Positions 29,788 to 39,031 of a stretch of 47,019 nucleotides of DNA are shown piece after piece. A program made the translations under genes and the position numbers. How positions within the stretch are numbered: position 1 is the stretch's first letter; every line of letters begins with the position of its first letter. The notes below the pieces were generated by a model. It had not been told where the DNA came from. It worked only from the letters and a program-made list of their open reading frames with translations, and made no database searches. The stretch comes from Paracoccaceae bacterium (lineage in GTDB: Bacteria > Pseudomonadota > Alphaproteobacteria > Rhodobacterales > Rhodobacteraceae), in NCBI GenBank assembly GCA_047629975.1, contig JBLHUT010000001.1:1-47019 (forward strand), given 5' to 3'.

Positions 29788-31422
29788 CTAATTGCCCGCA
29801 CTTTCCATTTTACGCGTTGCCATGACATTTTCGAGCCAGCCAAGCTTCATTTCTGGCACCGACGAAAGCAAAAGATCGGTGTAATCGTCAAACGGCGGGC
29901 TCAAGACCTTTGTCTTGGTACCGTAACGCGCAAGCTTGCCCAGATGCATCACCGCGATCGAATCGGCAATCGCCTTTACCGTGGCAAGATCATGAGTGAT
30001 GAAAAGATAGGCGACCTTTTCGCGGCTTTGCAAGTTGAGTAGCAACTTGAGAATGCCGTCTGCCACCAGCGGATCAAGCGCTGATGTGACTTCGTCACAG
30101 ATGATCAGTTTTGGTTTGGCGGCCAAAGCCCGCGCAATGCAGACACGCTGCTTTTGCCCGCCCGAAAGCTCGGCGGGATAGCGGTCTGCCATATCTGCCG
30201 GCAGCTCGATTTCCTCGAGCAGATCGCCGATTTTCCGGTCAAGCTCTTCACCCTTGATCCCGAAATAGAACTCCAGTGGCCGACCAATGATCGTGCGCAC
30301 GGTCTGGCGCGGGTTCATGGCGGTATCGGCCATCTGATAGATCATCTGGATCTCGCGCAAATCCTCACGCGGGCGGTTTTTTTGCTTGGGTGTCAGTGTG
30401 CGACCGTCAAACTCGATGGTGCCGGCGCGGGGTGGCAAAAGGCCGGTAATCACCCGCGCAAGCGTAGATTTACCCGAGCCACTTTCGCCGACCACGGCGA
30501 GTGTCTGCCCCGGATACAGCTCGACCGAGACATCATCGAGCACTGTCAGCCCACGCCCGTACCCTGCCGTAATCCCCCTGACCTGCATGATCGGCGCGTC
30601 ATGCGGTGCCTTCTCGGGGTGGTCGATAGAGCGCACAGAGACCAAGGCCCGCGTATAGTCCTCGCGCGGGGTCTCGATAATCTGTTGGGTTGTGCCGTGC
30701 TCGACCATTTCGCCCGATTGCAGCACCATGATTTCATCCGAAACCTGTGCCACCACCGCAAGGTCGTGCGTGATATAGAGAGCCGCCACACCGGTCAGTT
30801 TGATCGCGTTCTTGATCGCGGCCAGAACGTCGATCTGCGTTGTAACGTCAAGCGCCGTCGTGGGTTCGTCAAACACAATCAGGTCCGGCTTGGGGCACAG
30901 GGCCATCGCGGTCATGACGCGCTGCAACTGCCCGCCCGAGACCTGATGGGGATACCGGTTGCCGATTGTCTCGGGGTCGGGCAACGACAGTGCCTTGAAC
31001 AGCTCGATGGCACGGGCCTCGGCCTCGGGGCGGGTCATCAGGTTATGCTCAAGCGTGGCTTCGATGACCTGATCGATCAGCTTGTGAGCCGGATTGAAGC
31101 TTGCGGCGGCAGATTGCGAAACATAGCACACCTCGCGCCCGCGCAGAGCATTCAGACCCGAACGCGACTCCTTGAGAATGTCGCGCCCGTTCAGGAAAAC
31201 CTCACCGCCGGTAATCTCGACCCCGCCGCGCCCGTAAGCCATGGAGGACAGCCCGATGGTCGACTTGCCCGCTCCAGACTCTCCGATCAGGCCAAGGACC
31301 TGCCCCTTTTCAAGAGTCGCCGAGACGCCGTGCACAATCGTGATGTCACGTGCAGGCTCGCCGGGGGCATGAACGGTGACGCCGATTTTCAGATTGCGAA
31401 TATCCAGCAAGGTATCATCCAT
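29788..31422 (-). CDS. ABC transporter ATP-binding protein, fused double ATPase (DppD/DppF-type)
   Basis: 544 aa with two complete cassettes: Walker A GESGAGKS and GESGSGKS, signatures VSGGQLQR and LSGGQKQR. It overlaps the upstream permease stop by 8 nt. Confidence 0.93.
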   Translation of the reverse strand: MDDTLLDIRNLKIGVTVHAPGEPARDITIVHGVSATLEKGQVLGLIGESGAGKSTIGLSSMAYGRGGVEITGGEVFLNGRDILKESRSGLNALRGREVCYVSQSAAASFNPAHKLIDQVIEATLEHNLMTRPEAEARAIELFKALSLPDPETIGNRYPHQVSGGQLQRVMTAMALCPKPDLIVFDEPTTALDVTTQIDVLAAIKNAIKLTGVAALYITHDLAVVAQVSDEIMVLQSGEMVEHGTTQQIIETPREDYTRALVSVRSIDHPEKAPHDAPIMQVRGITAGYGRGLTVLDDVSVELYPGQTLAVVGESGSGKSTLARVITGLLPPRAGTIEFDGRTLTPKQKNRPREDLREIQMIYQMADTAMNPRQTVRTIIGRPLEFYFGIKGEELDRKIGDLLEEIELPADMADRYPAELSGGQKQRVCIARALAAKPKLIICDEVTSALDPLVADGILKLLLNLQSREKVAYLFITHDLATVKAIADSIAVMHLGKLARYGTKTKVLSPPFDDYTDLLLSSVPEMKLGWLENVMATRKMESAGN

Positions 31423-32242
31423 TTCCGCGCCCTCCCTTAAGGTCGGTGGTGCGGTTCAGGATCCAGTCCGCAATTAGATTGACCGAAATCGCCAGAAGCG
31501 CGATCGCGCCCGCCGGGATCAGGGCCGCAGGAATGCCGAACACGATGCCGTCCTTGTTCTCTTTGACCATCCCGCCCCAATCGGCCTCGGGCGGTTGAAT
31601 GCCCAGACCAAGGAACGACAGCGATGACAAAAAGAGCACCGCGAAAATAAACCGCAAGCCCAACTCCGCCACCAGCGTCGACAAGGCATTCGGCAGGATT
31701 TCACGCAGGATGATCCACATCCTTCCCTCGCCGCGCAGCTTTGCCGCCTCGACAAATTCCATGACATTCACATCGACGCCAACGGCGCGGCTCAACCGGA
31801 AAACCCGTGTCGCATCCAGAATGCCCATCACAAGGACCAGCGTCACGATATTTGACGGCAAAACCGACAAGACGACCAAGGCAAAAATCAGCGTCGGGAT
31901 CGACATCAATAGATCGACACTGCGCGACAGGGCCTGATCCGCCCAGCCCCCCATGACAGCCGCCGACATGCCCAGAAACGCGCCCAGCGTGAACGAGACA
32001 AAGGTCGCAAGTGCCGCAATCGTAAGCGTCGTGCGTGCGCCGTAAATCATCCGCGACAGCAGGTCACGGCCCAGATTGTCAGTCCCCAGCCAGTGTTTGG
32101 CCGACATCGGCTCCCAGACCTGCCCGACCACTTCGGACAGCCCGTAAGGGGCGACCCAAGGGGCAAACATGGCGGCGAAAACGAAAATCGAGGTTGAGAC
32201 AAGCCCGATCCACGCGCTGATTGGTATGGTTTTCAAATCCAT
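31415..32242 (-). CDS. ABC transporter permease (DppC-like)
   Basis: 275 aa. HWLGTDNLGRDLLSRMIYGAR motif and EAA-type loop (FVEAAKLRGEG). Confidence 0.9.
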   Translation of the reverse strand: MDLKTIPISAWIGLVSTSIFVFAAMFAPWVAPYGLSEVVGQVWEPMSAKHWLGTDNLGRDLLSRMIYGARTTLTIAALATFVSFTLGAFLGMSAAVMGGWADQALSRSVDLLMSIPTLIFALVVLSVLPSNIVTLVLVMGILDATRVFRLSRAVGVDVNVMEFVEAAKLRGEGRMWIILREILPNALSTLVAELGLRFIFAVLFLSSLSFLGLGIQPPEADWGGMVKENKDGIVFGIPAALIPAGAIALLAISVNLIADWILNRTTDLKGGRGNG

Positions 32243-32252
32243 CTGTGCGCCC

Positions 32253-33209
32253 TCACTTGGGATGGCGCAAACGTGGGTTTGTCAAGATCGACACCACATC
32301 TGCCACAAGGTTCAGACCAATATAAATGGCCGCAAAAATCAGCCCGCACGCCTGCACCACAGGCACATCGCGTTTGGACACATGATCGACAAGGTATTGC
32401 CCCATGCCCGGATAGACAAAAATCACCTCGACCACGACAACGCCGACAATCAGATAGGCCATGTTCAACATGACGACATTGACGATGGGTGCGATGGCAT
32501 TGGGAAAGGCGTGCTTGCGGATCACCTTGAAGCCGTTCAGCCCCTTCAACTCGGCAGTCTCGATATAGGCCGACTGCATCACGTTCAGGATCGCGGCGCG
32601 CGTCATCCGCATCATGTGCGCCAGCACCACAAGCGTGAGCGTCAGGGCGGGCAACATCACGACATTCAGCCGGTCCCACATCCCCATGCTGTCATAGACC
32701 GTCGCCACGGACGGAAACCAGCCGAGGTTCACGGAAAACACAAGAATGAGCAGATAGCCGATAAAAAATTCAGGCAAGGAAATCGAGGCCAGCGTTGTGG
32801 CCGAGATCAATTTGTCGGGCCAGCGGTTTTTGAACCGGACCGCCAGCAGCCCCAGAATGATCGCCAGCGGGATAGAGATCACCGCGGCAACCGAAGCCAG
32901 AAACAAAGTGTTGAACAGCCGTTTGCCGATCGACGAAGTGATATCCGCGCCGCTTGACAATGCTGTGCCAAGGTCGCCGGTCATAACGCCGCCCAGCCAC
33001 GCAAAATAGCGGGTGATCGCAGGTTCGTTCAATCCCATGCTCTCGCGCAGGTTGGCGAGGGCTTCGGGGGTTGCGGATTGTCCGAGGATGGATTGCGCCA
33101 CATCGCCGGGAAGAATTTGCGTTCCGGCGAAAATCAGCGCGGATACCGCAAGAAGGAGCAGGAAGCCCAGCGCAAGGCGCTGGGCAACCAATTTCAGGGC
33201 AAGACCCAT
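32253..33209 (-). CDS. ABC transporter permease (DppB-like)
   Basis: 318 aa. N-terminus MGLALKLVAQRLALGFLLLLAVSALIF and an EAA loop (SAYIETAELKGL). Its start is 1 nt from the SBP stop. Confidence 0.9.
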   Translation of the reverse strand: MGLALKLVAQRLALGFLLLLAVSALIFAGTQILPGDVAQSILGQSATPEALANLRESMGLNEPAITRYFAWLGGVMTGDLGTALSSGADITSSIGKRLFNTLFLASVAAVISIPLAIILGLLAVRFKNRWPDKLISATTLASISLPEFFIGYLLILVFSVNLGWFPSVATVYDSMGMWDRLNVVMLPALTLTLVVLAHMMRMTRAAILNVMQSAYIETAELKGLNGFKVIRKHAFPNAIAPIVNVVMLNMAYLIVGVVVVEVIFVYPGMGQYLVDHVSKRDVPVVQACGLIFAAIYIGLNLVADVVSILTNPRLRHPK

Positions 33210-33210
33210 A

Positions 33211-34806
33211 TCAGGCTTTGAGCCATGTTTTGATAGGGGCGTAGCTGTTCATCATGCCGCCGTTCTGGTCCACGGTCCAGCCGTCTACCTTGTCAGAAAC
33301 ACCTTCGATGAAGTTGTTGAACATCGGCAGGATCAAGCCGCCATCGTCCCGCACCATCACGCTCATGTCGCGGTACATTGCCTTGCGTTTTGCCTGATCC
33401 AGCTCCGCGCGTGCGGCATAAAGCGTCTGGTCGAACTGCTCGTTGAAAAAGCGCGTGTCGTTCCAGTCGGCTGTGGACAGGTACGCCGTCGAGAACATCG
33501 CGTCCTGCGTCGGGCGTCCGCCCCAGTACGAGGTACAGAACGGCTGCTTGTTCCAGACTTCCGACCAGTAACCGTCGTTCGGCTCGCGCTTGACATCAAG
33601 GGAGATGCCGGCGGCGGCTGCACTTTGCTGGAACAGCTGGCTGGCATCCACGGCTCCGGGAAAGGAGTTCTCGGAGGTGCGCAGTGTCACCGGCCCGTCA
33701 TGACCCGATTTCTTGAAGTGGAACGCGGCCTTGTCAGGATCATAGGCGCGCTGCTCGATGTCGCCCGAGAACAGCGGATAGGCGGCGTTGATCGGCGTGT
33801 CATTGCCGGCGGTGCCGTTGCCGAACAGGATCTTGTCGACCATTTCCTGACGGTTGATCGCATATTTCAGCGCCAGTCGCAGATCAACATTGTCGAACGG
33901 TGCCGTGTTTGCGTGCATGATGAACACATAATGTCCGCGTCCGGCCACCGACTTGACGTCGATGTTCTTGTTACGCGCCACAAATCCCGCGACCTTGGGC
34001 GGGATACGGTTGATCATGTGGACCTGACCGGACTGAAGTGCTGCGACCCGGGCTGTGTCGTCGTTGATCACGATCATCTCGACTGTGGCCGCATGACCGA
34101 CGCTGTCATCCCAGTAGTTGGGGTTCTTTTCGTAAACGTGGCGCACACCGGCCTCGTTCGAGCGCATGATGTAGGGGCCTGTACCCATGCCGGCACCCGG
34201 ATCGGCAAATCCACCATCAGGCTGGATCACAAGGTGGTAATCCGAAATCAGATAGGGCAGGTCGGCATTCGGCTGGTTCAGCGTGACGATGAAATCGTCG
34301 CCGTCGATCGCCCATTCCTTGATGCCGCGCAAAATGCCCAGCGCGCCGGATTTGCTTTCCTCACCTGCGTGACGCTCCATCGTGCGGGCGACGTCCTGCG
34401 GGGTTAGCGGCTTGCCGTCGTGAAAGGTGACGCCCTTGCGGATCTTGAAGGTCCACACGCTTGCATCGGCCGAGGCGGTGACCTCTTCGGCAAGACGGTT
34501 TTCGATCTCGCCTTCAGCCGTGACTTCAACCAGCGTATCGCCGTAGAGCCGCAGGTTCATGATCATCGTGTCGTTGGCCGCCAAAGCCGGATCAAGGCTG
34601 TCGGTCGATGATCCGCCCTGAATGCCGACTTTCAGGGTGCCGCCCTTGACAGGTGTTGCGTGGCCTGCCGCGCTTGCCGCGCTAGACAAAAGCCCGCCTG
34701 CAAACGATGTGCTTGCCCCAAGGGCCGCTGCGCGCCCCATAAAGGCGCGGCGGTCAAGCTTGCCTGCTGCCGCAAGTTTGCTCAGGTATTTCAGTTCGTC
34801 TGACAT
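33211..34806 (-). CDS. ABC transporter substrate-binding protein (family 5, peptide/nickel/opine type) with a Tat-like signal
   Basis: 531 aa. The twin-arginine-like leader LDRRAFMGRAAALGASTSFAGGLLSSAASA is followed by family-5 SBP motifs (LDPA...VEVTAEGEIENRLAEE...WTFKIRKGVTFHDGKPLTPQDV). GGGAG lies 6 nt upstream. Confidence 0.9.
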   Translation of the reverse strand: MSDELKYLSKLAAAGKLDRRAFMGRAAALGASTSFAGGLLSSAASAAGHATPVKGGTLKVGIQGGSSTDSLDPALAANDTMIMNLRLYGDTLVEVTAEGEIENRLAEEVTASADASVWTFKIRKGVTFHDGKPLTPQDVARTMERHAGEESKSGALGILRGIKEWAIDGDDFIVTLNQPNADLPYLISDYHLVIQPDGGFADPGAGMGTGPYIMRSNEAGVRHVYEKNPNYWDDSVGHAATVEMIVINDDTARVAALQSGQVHMINRIPPKVAGFVARNKNIDVKSVAGRGHYVFIMHANTAPFDNVDLRLALKYAINRQEMVDKILFGNGTAGNDTPINAAYPLFSGDIEQRAYDPDKAAFHFKKSGHDGPVTLRTSENSFPGAVDASQLFQQSAAAAGISLDVKREPNDGYWSEVWNKQPFCTSYWGGRPTQDAMFSTAYLSTADWNDTRFFNEQFDQTLYAARAELDQAKRKAMYRDMSVMVRDDGGLILPMFNNFIEGVSDKVDGWTVDQNGGMMNSYAPIKTWLKA

Positions 34807-34838
34807 TGATAACTCCCAGTCGTGGTTTTTGTTGTTGT

Positions 34839-36779
34839 TTAGCGTGGAACGCTGTCGTTGAAGTGGCGTTCTAGAACGATTTCATCGCCCTCGAATGCCG
34901 TCAGTGTTGCCTGGATGTGGAACGATGTTGCATCGGTGGTCATGCGGGTTTCGCAGCAGGTCCGCACGGACCAGTCCGCGCGCGCCATACTGCGCTCCCA
35001 CAGGAGTGTCGCACTCGCTGATGCAGGATCGTCTTGTGCAATAGACCACGTTTCGCTCAGTGATGATGCGTTGCGTAATCCGTGTGCAAGGTTTTCGACC
35101 TCGCCGTGATCGGCGTCTATCCGAAGGCTCATGACCTTGTTTAGCACCACACGGTCCTGTTGCTCAACCGTGCCACGGGTCTGTTTGTGCGTTTTCGATG
35201 TCTCGACAGGGTGGAGCGCGCGCAAATCAACCGGCAGACTCACACCTGTCCAGACTGGCAACGCCACCGTTCCGCCTGTGCAGGTAAGTGTTACCGGCTC
35301 TGCTTCGGGCCAGATAAAGGGCCAGTAACTTGGCGAAAGCGCAATCCGCAGCCGGTGTCCGGCGGGCAACCGGTAGGCGCATTGATCAAGCATAACCTCG
35401 ACCTCGTAGGTCGTACCGGGGATCAGATCGACCGCTTTGCCGAACCCCTGACGGTGGCGCAGGTTCAGAAACCCGTGCGAAATCAGCGCCGATGTCCCGT
35501 CGGGGCGCAGATCGCACAGCCGCACCGCCACCTGTGCCCGCGGCCTGTCGGCAGCCAGTCGCAATTTAACCTGCACAGCCCCCACAAGATCGCGCGCCCC
35601 CGCCAGCGGCTGTGTGTCGAAACACAGCGACAACGCGTCATCCGCCGATTGGTCATCGGGCAGTTCCCCCGGCCCGAACCCGAACGGAAAGTACTTTCCG
35701 CAGGTTGTGCCACAGGCGGTGTCGGTCACGACGCGGCGCTCAACCGGTCCGGCGGTTGGGGCAAGCTGTGTGCCGTTGAAGGCCAGAGCCTTCATCGTCA
35801 CGTCCGGTTCCTCAAGCGATGCAAGCCCGATCCAGCGTCCGGGGCGGGTGTCAAACGATGTCAAAGGGGCGACAGACTCCATCAGATAGGCGCGATACGC
35901 CGGATCATCCTGCACGCCGGTGTCGTGCCCTTTGAGCCAGTGGTCCCACCACCGCAGGGCCTCGTGAACAAAGTCGATGCGCGGCTCGGGTGCTGCCAGA
36001 TGCGGGTATTTATGGTTCCACGGTCCGACAATCGCTTTGACCGGACACTCGAGGTTGGCCAGAAGCTGCGCGGGGGTGTTGCGGTAACCGTCATGCCAGC
36101 CGCCGATGGTCAGGACCGCCGCCTTTATTGCGCTGTAGTCTTCGCAGACCGAACCGTGCTGCCAATAGGCGTCGCGGTTTGCGTGGCCGGTCCAGACAGG
36201 CGCAAGGTTCGGCGTGGCCTTCAGTCTGGTCAGCCACGTCTCGCGCCAGCCGTCTCCGACAAGCGCGGGGTCGGGCGGCATCGAGAACCAGGACATCGCG
36301 CACGCCGCCCAGCCGATATTCTCGGTCAGCTGGCACCCCCCCTTGTAGTGGATGTCGTCGGCAAAGCGGTCGGCCGTGGCGCAAATCGAAATCACCGCCT
36401 TCAGCGCGGGCGGGGTCATCGCGGCAACCTGTAGCCCGTTGAACCCGCCCCAGCTGATGCCCATGATCCCCACGGCCCCGGTGCACCAGCCCTGATCGGC
36501 GATCCACTGGATCGTGGCAAAGATATCCTCAAGCTCGCGCAGGGAGTATTCGTCGTCGAACAGCCCCTCGCTTTCGCCGCATCCGCGCAAGTCCACACGC
36601 AGGCAGGCATAGCCGTGGGGCGCAAAGGCGGCATGGGTCGTTTCGTCTCGTGCGGTTGTTCCGTCGCGCTTGCGGTAGGGCAATATCTCGAGGATCGCAG
36701 GCACCGGATGGCTCTGTGCTGTTTGCGGCATCCAGACCCGCGCAGACAGCGAAATGCCGTCAGGCATCGGTATCCGCAT
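34839..36779 (-). CDS. CocE/NonD family hydrolase (peptidase S15 / X-Pro dipeptidyl-peptidase fold)
   Basis: 646 aa. MRIPMPDGISLSARVWMP...LEILPYRKRD...RVDLRGCGESEG and a nucleophile region GISWGG. The C-terminal beta-sandwich domain typical of the family is present. Confidence 0.88.
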   Translation of the reverse strand: MRIPMPDGISLSARVWMPQTAQSHPVPAILEILPYRKRDGTTARDETTHAAFAPHGYACLRVDLRGCGESEGLFDDEYSLRELEDIFATIQWIADQGWCTGAVGIMGISWGGFNGLQVAAMTPPALKAVISICATADRFADDIHYKGGCQLTENIGWAACAMSWFSMPPDPALVGDGWRETWLTRLKATPNLAPVWTGHANRDAYWQHGSVCEDYSAIKAAVLTIGGWHDGYRNTPAQLLANLECPVKAIVGPWNHKYPHLAAPEPRIDFVHEALRWWDHWLKGHDTGVQDDPAYRAYLMESVAPLTSFDTRPGRWIGLASLEEPDVTMKALAFNGTQLAPTAGPVERRVVTDTACGTTCGKYFPFGFGPGELPDDQSADDALSLCFDTQPLAGARDLVGAVQVKLRLAADRPRAQVAVRLCDLRPDGTSALISHGFLNLRHRQGFGKAVDLIPGTTYEVEVMLDQCAYRLPAGHRLRIALSPSYWPFIWPEAEPVTLTCTGGTVALPVWTGVSLPVDLRALHPVETSKTHKQTRGTVEQQDRVVLNKVMSLRIDADHGEVENLAHGLRNASSLSETWSIAQDDPASASATLLWERSMARADWSVRTCCETRMTTDATSFHIQATLTAFEGDEIVLERHFNDSVPR

Positions 36780-36913
36780 ATCCTCCAGTATCGTTACATC
36801 CCGAATGGTGACCCCCCACGCGGCATGGACCGCAGATCATTCGGGTTAACGCTTCCCCAATTTGCCCAACAAAGCAATTCCTAATCGCAGGTTCGGGGAG
36901 ATCTGGTGCGGCG

Positions 36914-38017
36914 TCAGGCGATTTCGGCAACCTGAACTTCAAGCGTTTGAACCATGTTGTTGCCAAAACCCGCCACATCCCACGGCGGTTCCAGCGGTTG
37001 AAAGTCGCCCGCGTCATCCGTGGCGCGGCAGCGCAAGGCATGCGCCCCCGGTGTTGCGTTCCAGTCGAACTGCCAGCCGCGCCACGCATAGGTGCCCACC
37101 GGTGGCAGCAACGTGGCCTCGTGCCAAGTGTCACCTGTGCTGACCTCGACCTTTACGATCTGGCGCCCCAGCCCGCTCCATGCCCGCCCCTCCAGCCGTG
37201 TCAGGCCGGCGCCAACCAGCCGCCTGCGGGAGTACCAGTCCGGAATGCCCGGCGGCACCATCAGGGACTTTACCCTGATGCCTGTCACCGGTTCTCCGGA
37301 GCTGTCGGCGGTGTCGCGGAACCTGTAGGTGCCAACCTGTTGATGCCCGGTAAACGGTTCGGTCAGCGCCTCGATCGTGGTCAGCCATTTGACGCTGGCC
37401 ATGCCGTACCATCCGGGCACGACAATGCGCAGCGGTGCGCCGTGCTGCGGCATCAACGGCTGGCCGTTCATCTCGGTCACCAGCAGAACCTCAAGCGTTT
37501 TCAATTGCTCCAACGTCAGGCTGCGCCCGAAAGCATGGGCATGACCCTTGTCAAACCCGCGATCGGCACCGATAAAACTTATCTCGCAGACATCCGCCTG
37601 TGGCGCGGCCTTTTCGATCAACGGATACAGTGGAGTGCCGGACCATTCCGCCGTCCCTACGGCCTCGTGGCGCCACGGCATCGAGCGGGAGCGCAAAGCA
37701 TGCTCGGCCCGCCCGTTTCCGGCACATTCAAGTGTTACGGGCACGGTTACGCGAGGCAGCGCCCTGATCGCGTCAAGATCAAGCGAGAACGGGTTGGCGA
37801 AAGCCCCCTTGAAATCCAGCGAGAACCCCTGCGCCGGAAGGTAGGGGATATCGAAATGCGTCAAAAGGTAATGCGCCCCGAGCGGCGTGATGTCATGGCG
37901 CAAAAGCTCGAGCGGCAGGCCGGAGTTGCGATTGGCCAGCGCGACCTCTTCGCGCGCGAATTCGGATGTGGGGCAGTGGGGCAGGCGTTGTGCCGTCACG
38001 AAAGGAGAGGTGGACAT
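36914..38017 (-). CDS. sulfite-oxidase-fold molybdopterin oxidoreductase; no signal peptide and no haem domain
   Basis: 367 aa. Mo-binding Cys motif TLECAGNGR, GAPLRIVVPGWYGMASVKWL, and a C-terminal dimerisation-type Ig domain. ACGGAG lies 7 nt upstream of ATG 38017. No Tat or Sec leader is visible. Confidence 0.88.
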   Translation of the reverse strand: MSTSPFVTAQRLPHCPTSEFAREEVALANRNSGLPLELLRHDITPLGAHYLLTHFDIPYLPAQGFSLDFKGAFANPFSLDLDAIRALPRVTVPVTLECAGNGRAEHALRSRSMPWRHEAVGTAEWSGTPLYPLIEKAAPQADVCEISFIGADRGFDKGHAHAFGRSLTLEQLKTLEVLLVTEMNGQPLMPQHGAPLRIVVPGWYGMASVKWLTTIEALTEPFTGHQQVGTYRFRDTADSSGEPVTGIRVKSLMVPPGIPDWYSRRRLVGAGLTRLEGRAWSGLGRQIVKVEVSTGDTWHEATLLPPVGTYAWRGWQFDWNATPGAHALRCRATDDAGDFQPLEPPWDVAGFGNNMVQTLEVQVAEIA

Positions 38018-38116
38018 CGGTATGCTCCGTCAAAAAACACTGCGTGCCTCATGGCACATTGCTCCGGTCAAGCCTAGCAGCCTGCGACACACCAAGGAAA
38101 GAGCCACGTGCCCGGA

Positions 38117-38158
38117 GATGATCTTGCGGTGATGATCTTGCGGTGATGATCTTGCGGC
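38117..38158. repeat. 14-bp tandem repeat x3 (GATGATCTTGCGGT, GATGATCTTGCGGT, GATGATCTTGCGGC)
   Basis: Read directly at 38117-38130, 38131-38144 and 38145-38158. It is intergenic, 18 nt from the TauE-like stop codon and 99 nt upstream of the SUOX-like start. Confidence 0.95.
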
Positions 38159-38175
38159 AGGGTGGCCAAAAGGGG

Positions 38176-38925
38176 TCAGACGTTCCAGATCGCGCGCCGG
38201 ATCAGATTAAGACCAAGCACCAGAAAAACATAAAGCAGCACCTTGCGGAACTTTGCCTGTGGCAGGTTCCCGCGAATGCGTTCGCCAAGGGCGAAACCGG
38301 CCAGTGTGGGCAAGATGAGGGCCCCTGACATAGCCGCCAGAGGCAGGGTCAGAAAACCGGCCACGACGTATCCGGCCACCAGCGGCAGGGAGCCCAGAAA
38401 AATCAACAACCCCGTGACGCGCACGAACTCGTCTTTTTCCACCTGTCGGGCACTGAGATAGATCGCCATCGGCGGGCCCCAGACAGCCGTAAGCCCGCCC
38501 ATGATCCCGGCGATTGTTCCCATCACGATTTGGGCTGTCCGGTCGTACCGGTCGGGCAGTTTCGGAGGGCTTAACAAGAAATTTACCGCGACAAACAGAA
38601 TGATCACCATGCCTGTCACTGCGAAAATCAATCTGTCAGAGGCCTGTGCAGCCAGCATCGTGGTGACCCCGACCCCGATCATCAACACGCCCGCAAACCA
38701 GATATAACGCCGCAGCGCGCCTGTGATGTCGCCCATCCTCCAGACTTGCCACGCGTTGGTGAAAACCATCGGGAACAACACGACCGCAATCGCAACCCGC
38801 GGCTCGATAAACAGCGTCAACAGCCCGATCGCCGTTGTGGGCAAGCCCAGCCCCGTCAGCCCCTTTACACCGCCGGCAAAAACAAACGCGGTACACGCCA
38901 ACAAAGCAAAACCAGCCAGCTCCAA
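38176..38925 (-). CDS. TauE/SafE (TSUP) family membrane transporter, putative sulfite/sulfonate exporter
   Basis: 249 aa, polytopic. Glycine-rich TSUP motifs are present (GGVKGLTGLGLPTTAIG; GTIAGIMGGLTAVWGPPMAIYL). TTG 38925 has GGGAG 7 nt upstream. Confidence 0.88.
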   Translation of the reverse strand: MELAGFALLACTAFVFAGGVKGLTGLGLPTTAIGLLTLFIEPRVAIAVVLFPMVFTNAWQVWRMGDITGALRRYIWFAGVLMIGVGVTTMLAAQASDRLIFAVTGMVIILFVAVNFLLSPPKLPDRYDRTAQIVMGTIAGIMGGLTAVWGPPMAIYLSARQVEKDEFVRVTGLLIFLGSLPLVAGYVVAGFLTLPLAAMSGALILPTLAGFALGERIRGNLPQAKFRKVLLYVFLVLGLNLIRRAIWNV

Positions 38926-39031
38926 AGCGATACTCCCGACGTGCCCCGACAGGCGGTGATGTTCAAGGAACGGAAAAAATAATGACCCTTGCCCGCTTTG
39001 TCACAGCAGCTAAAGGCACCTGTCGCCGGCC

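Noticed and set aside
33013-34407. 464-aa plus-strand ORF. Similar long shadow ORFs occur at 9541-10932 (-), 12188-13225 (-), 19887-20855 (+), 21141-22202 (+), 30154-31440 (+), 35160-36434 (+) and 36947-38077 (+).
   Set aside because: Each lies antisense to a gene with strong family motifs (SBPs, permeases, gltB, ABC ATPase, CocE/NonD, SUOX). Their compositions are dominated by R/H/G/D/V runs, and none has a credible start context.
38117-38158. Possible CRISPR or mobile-element terminal repeat
   Set aside because: The units are head-to-tail with no spacers, there are only 3 copies of 14 bp, and there are no cas, transposase or integrase genes nearby. It is a simple tandem repeat.
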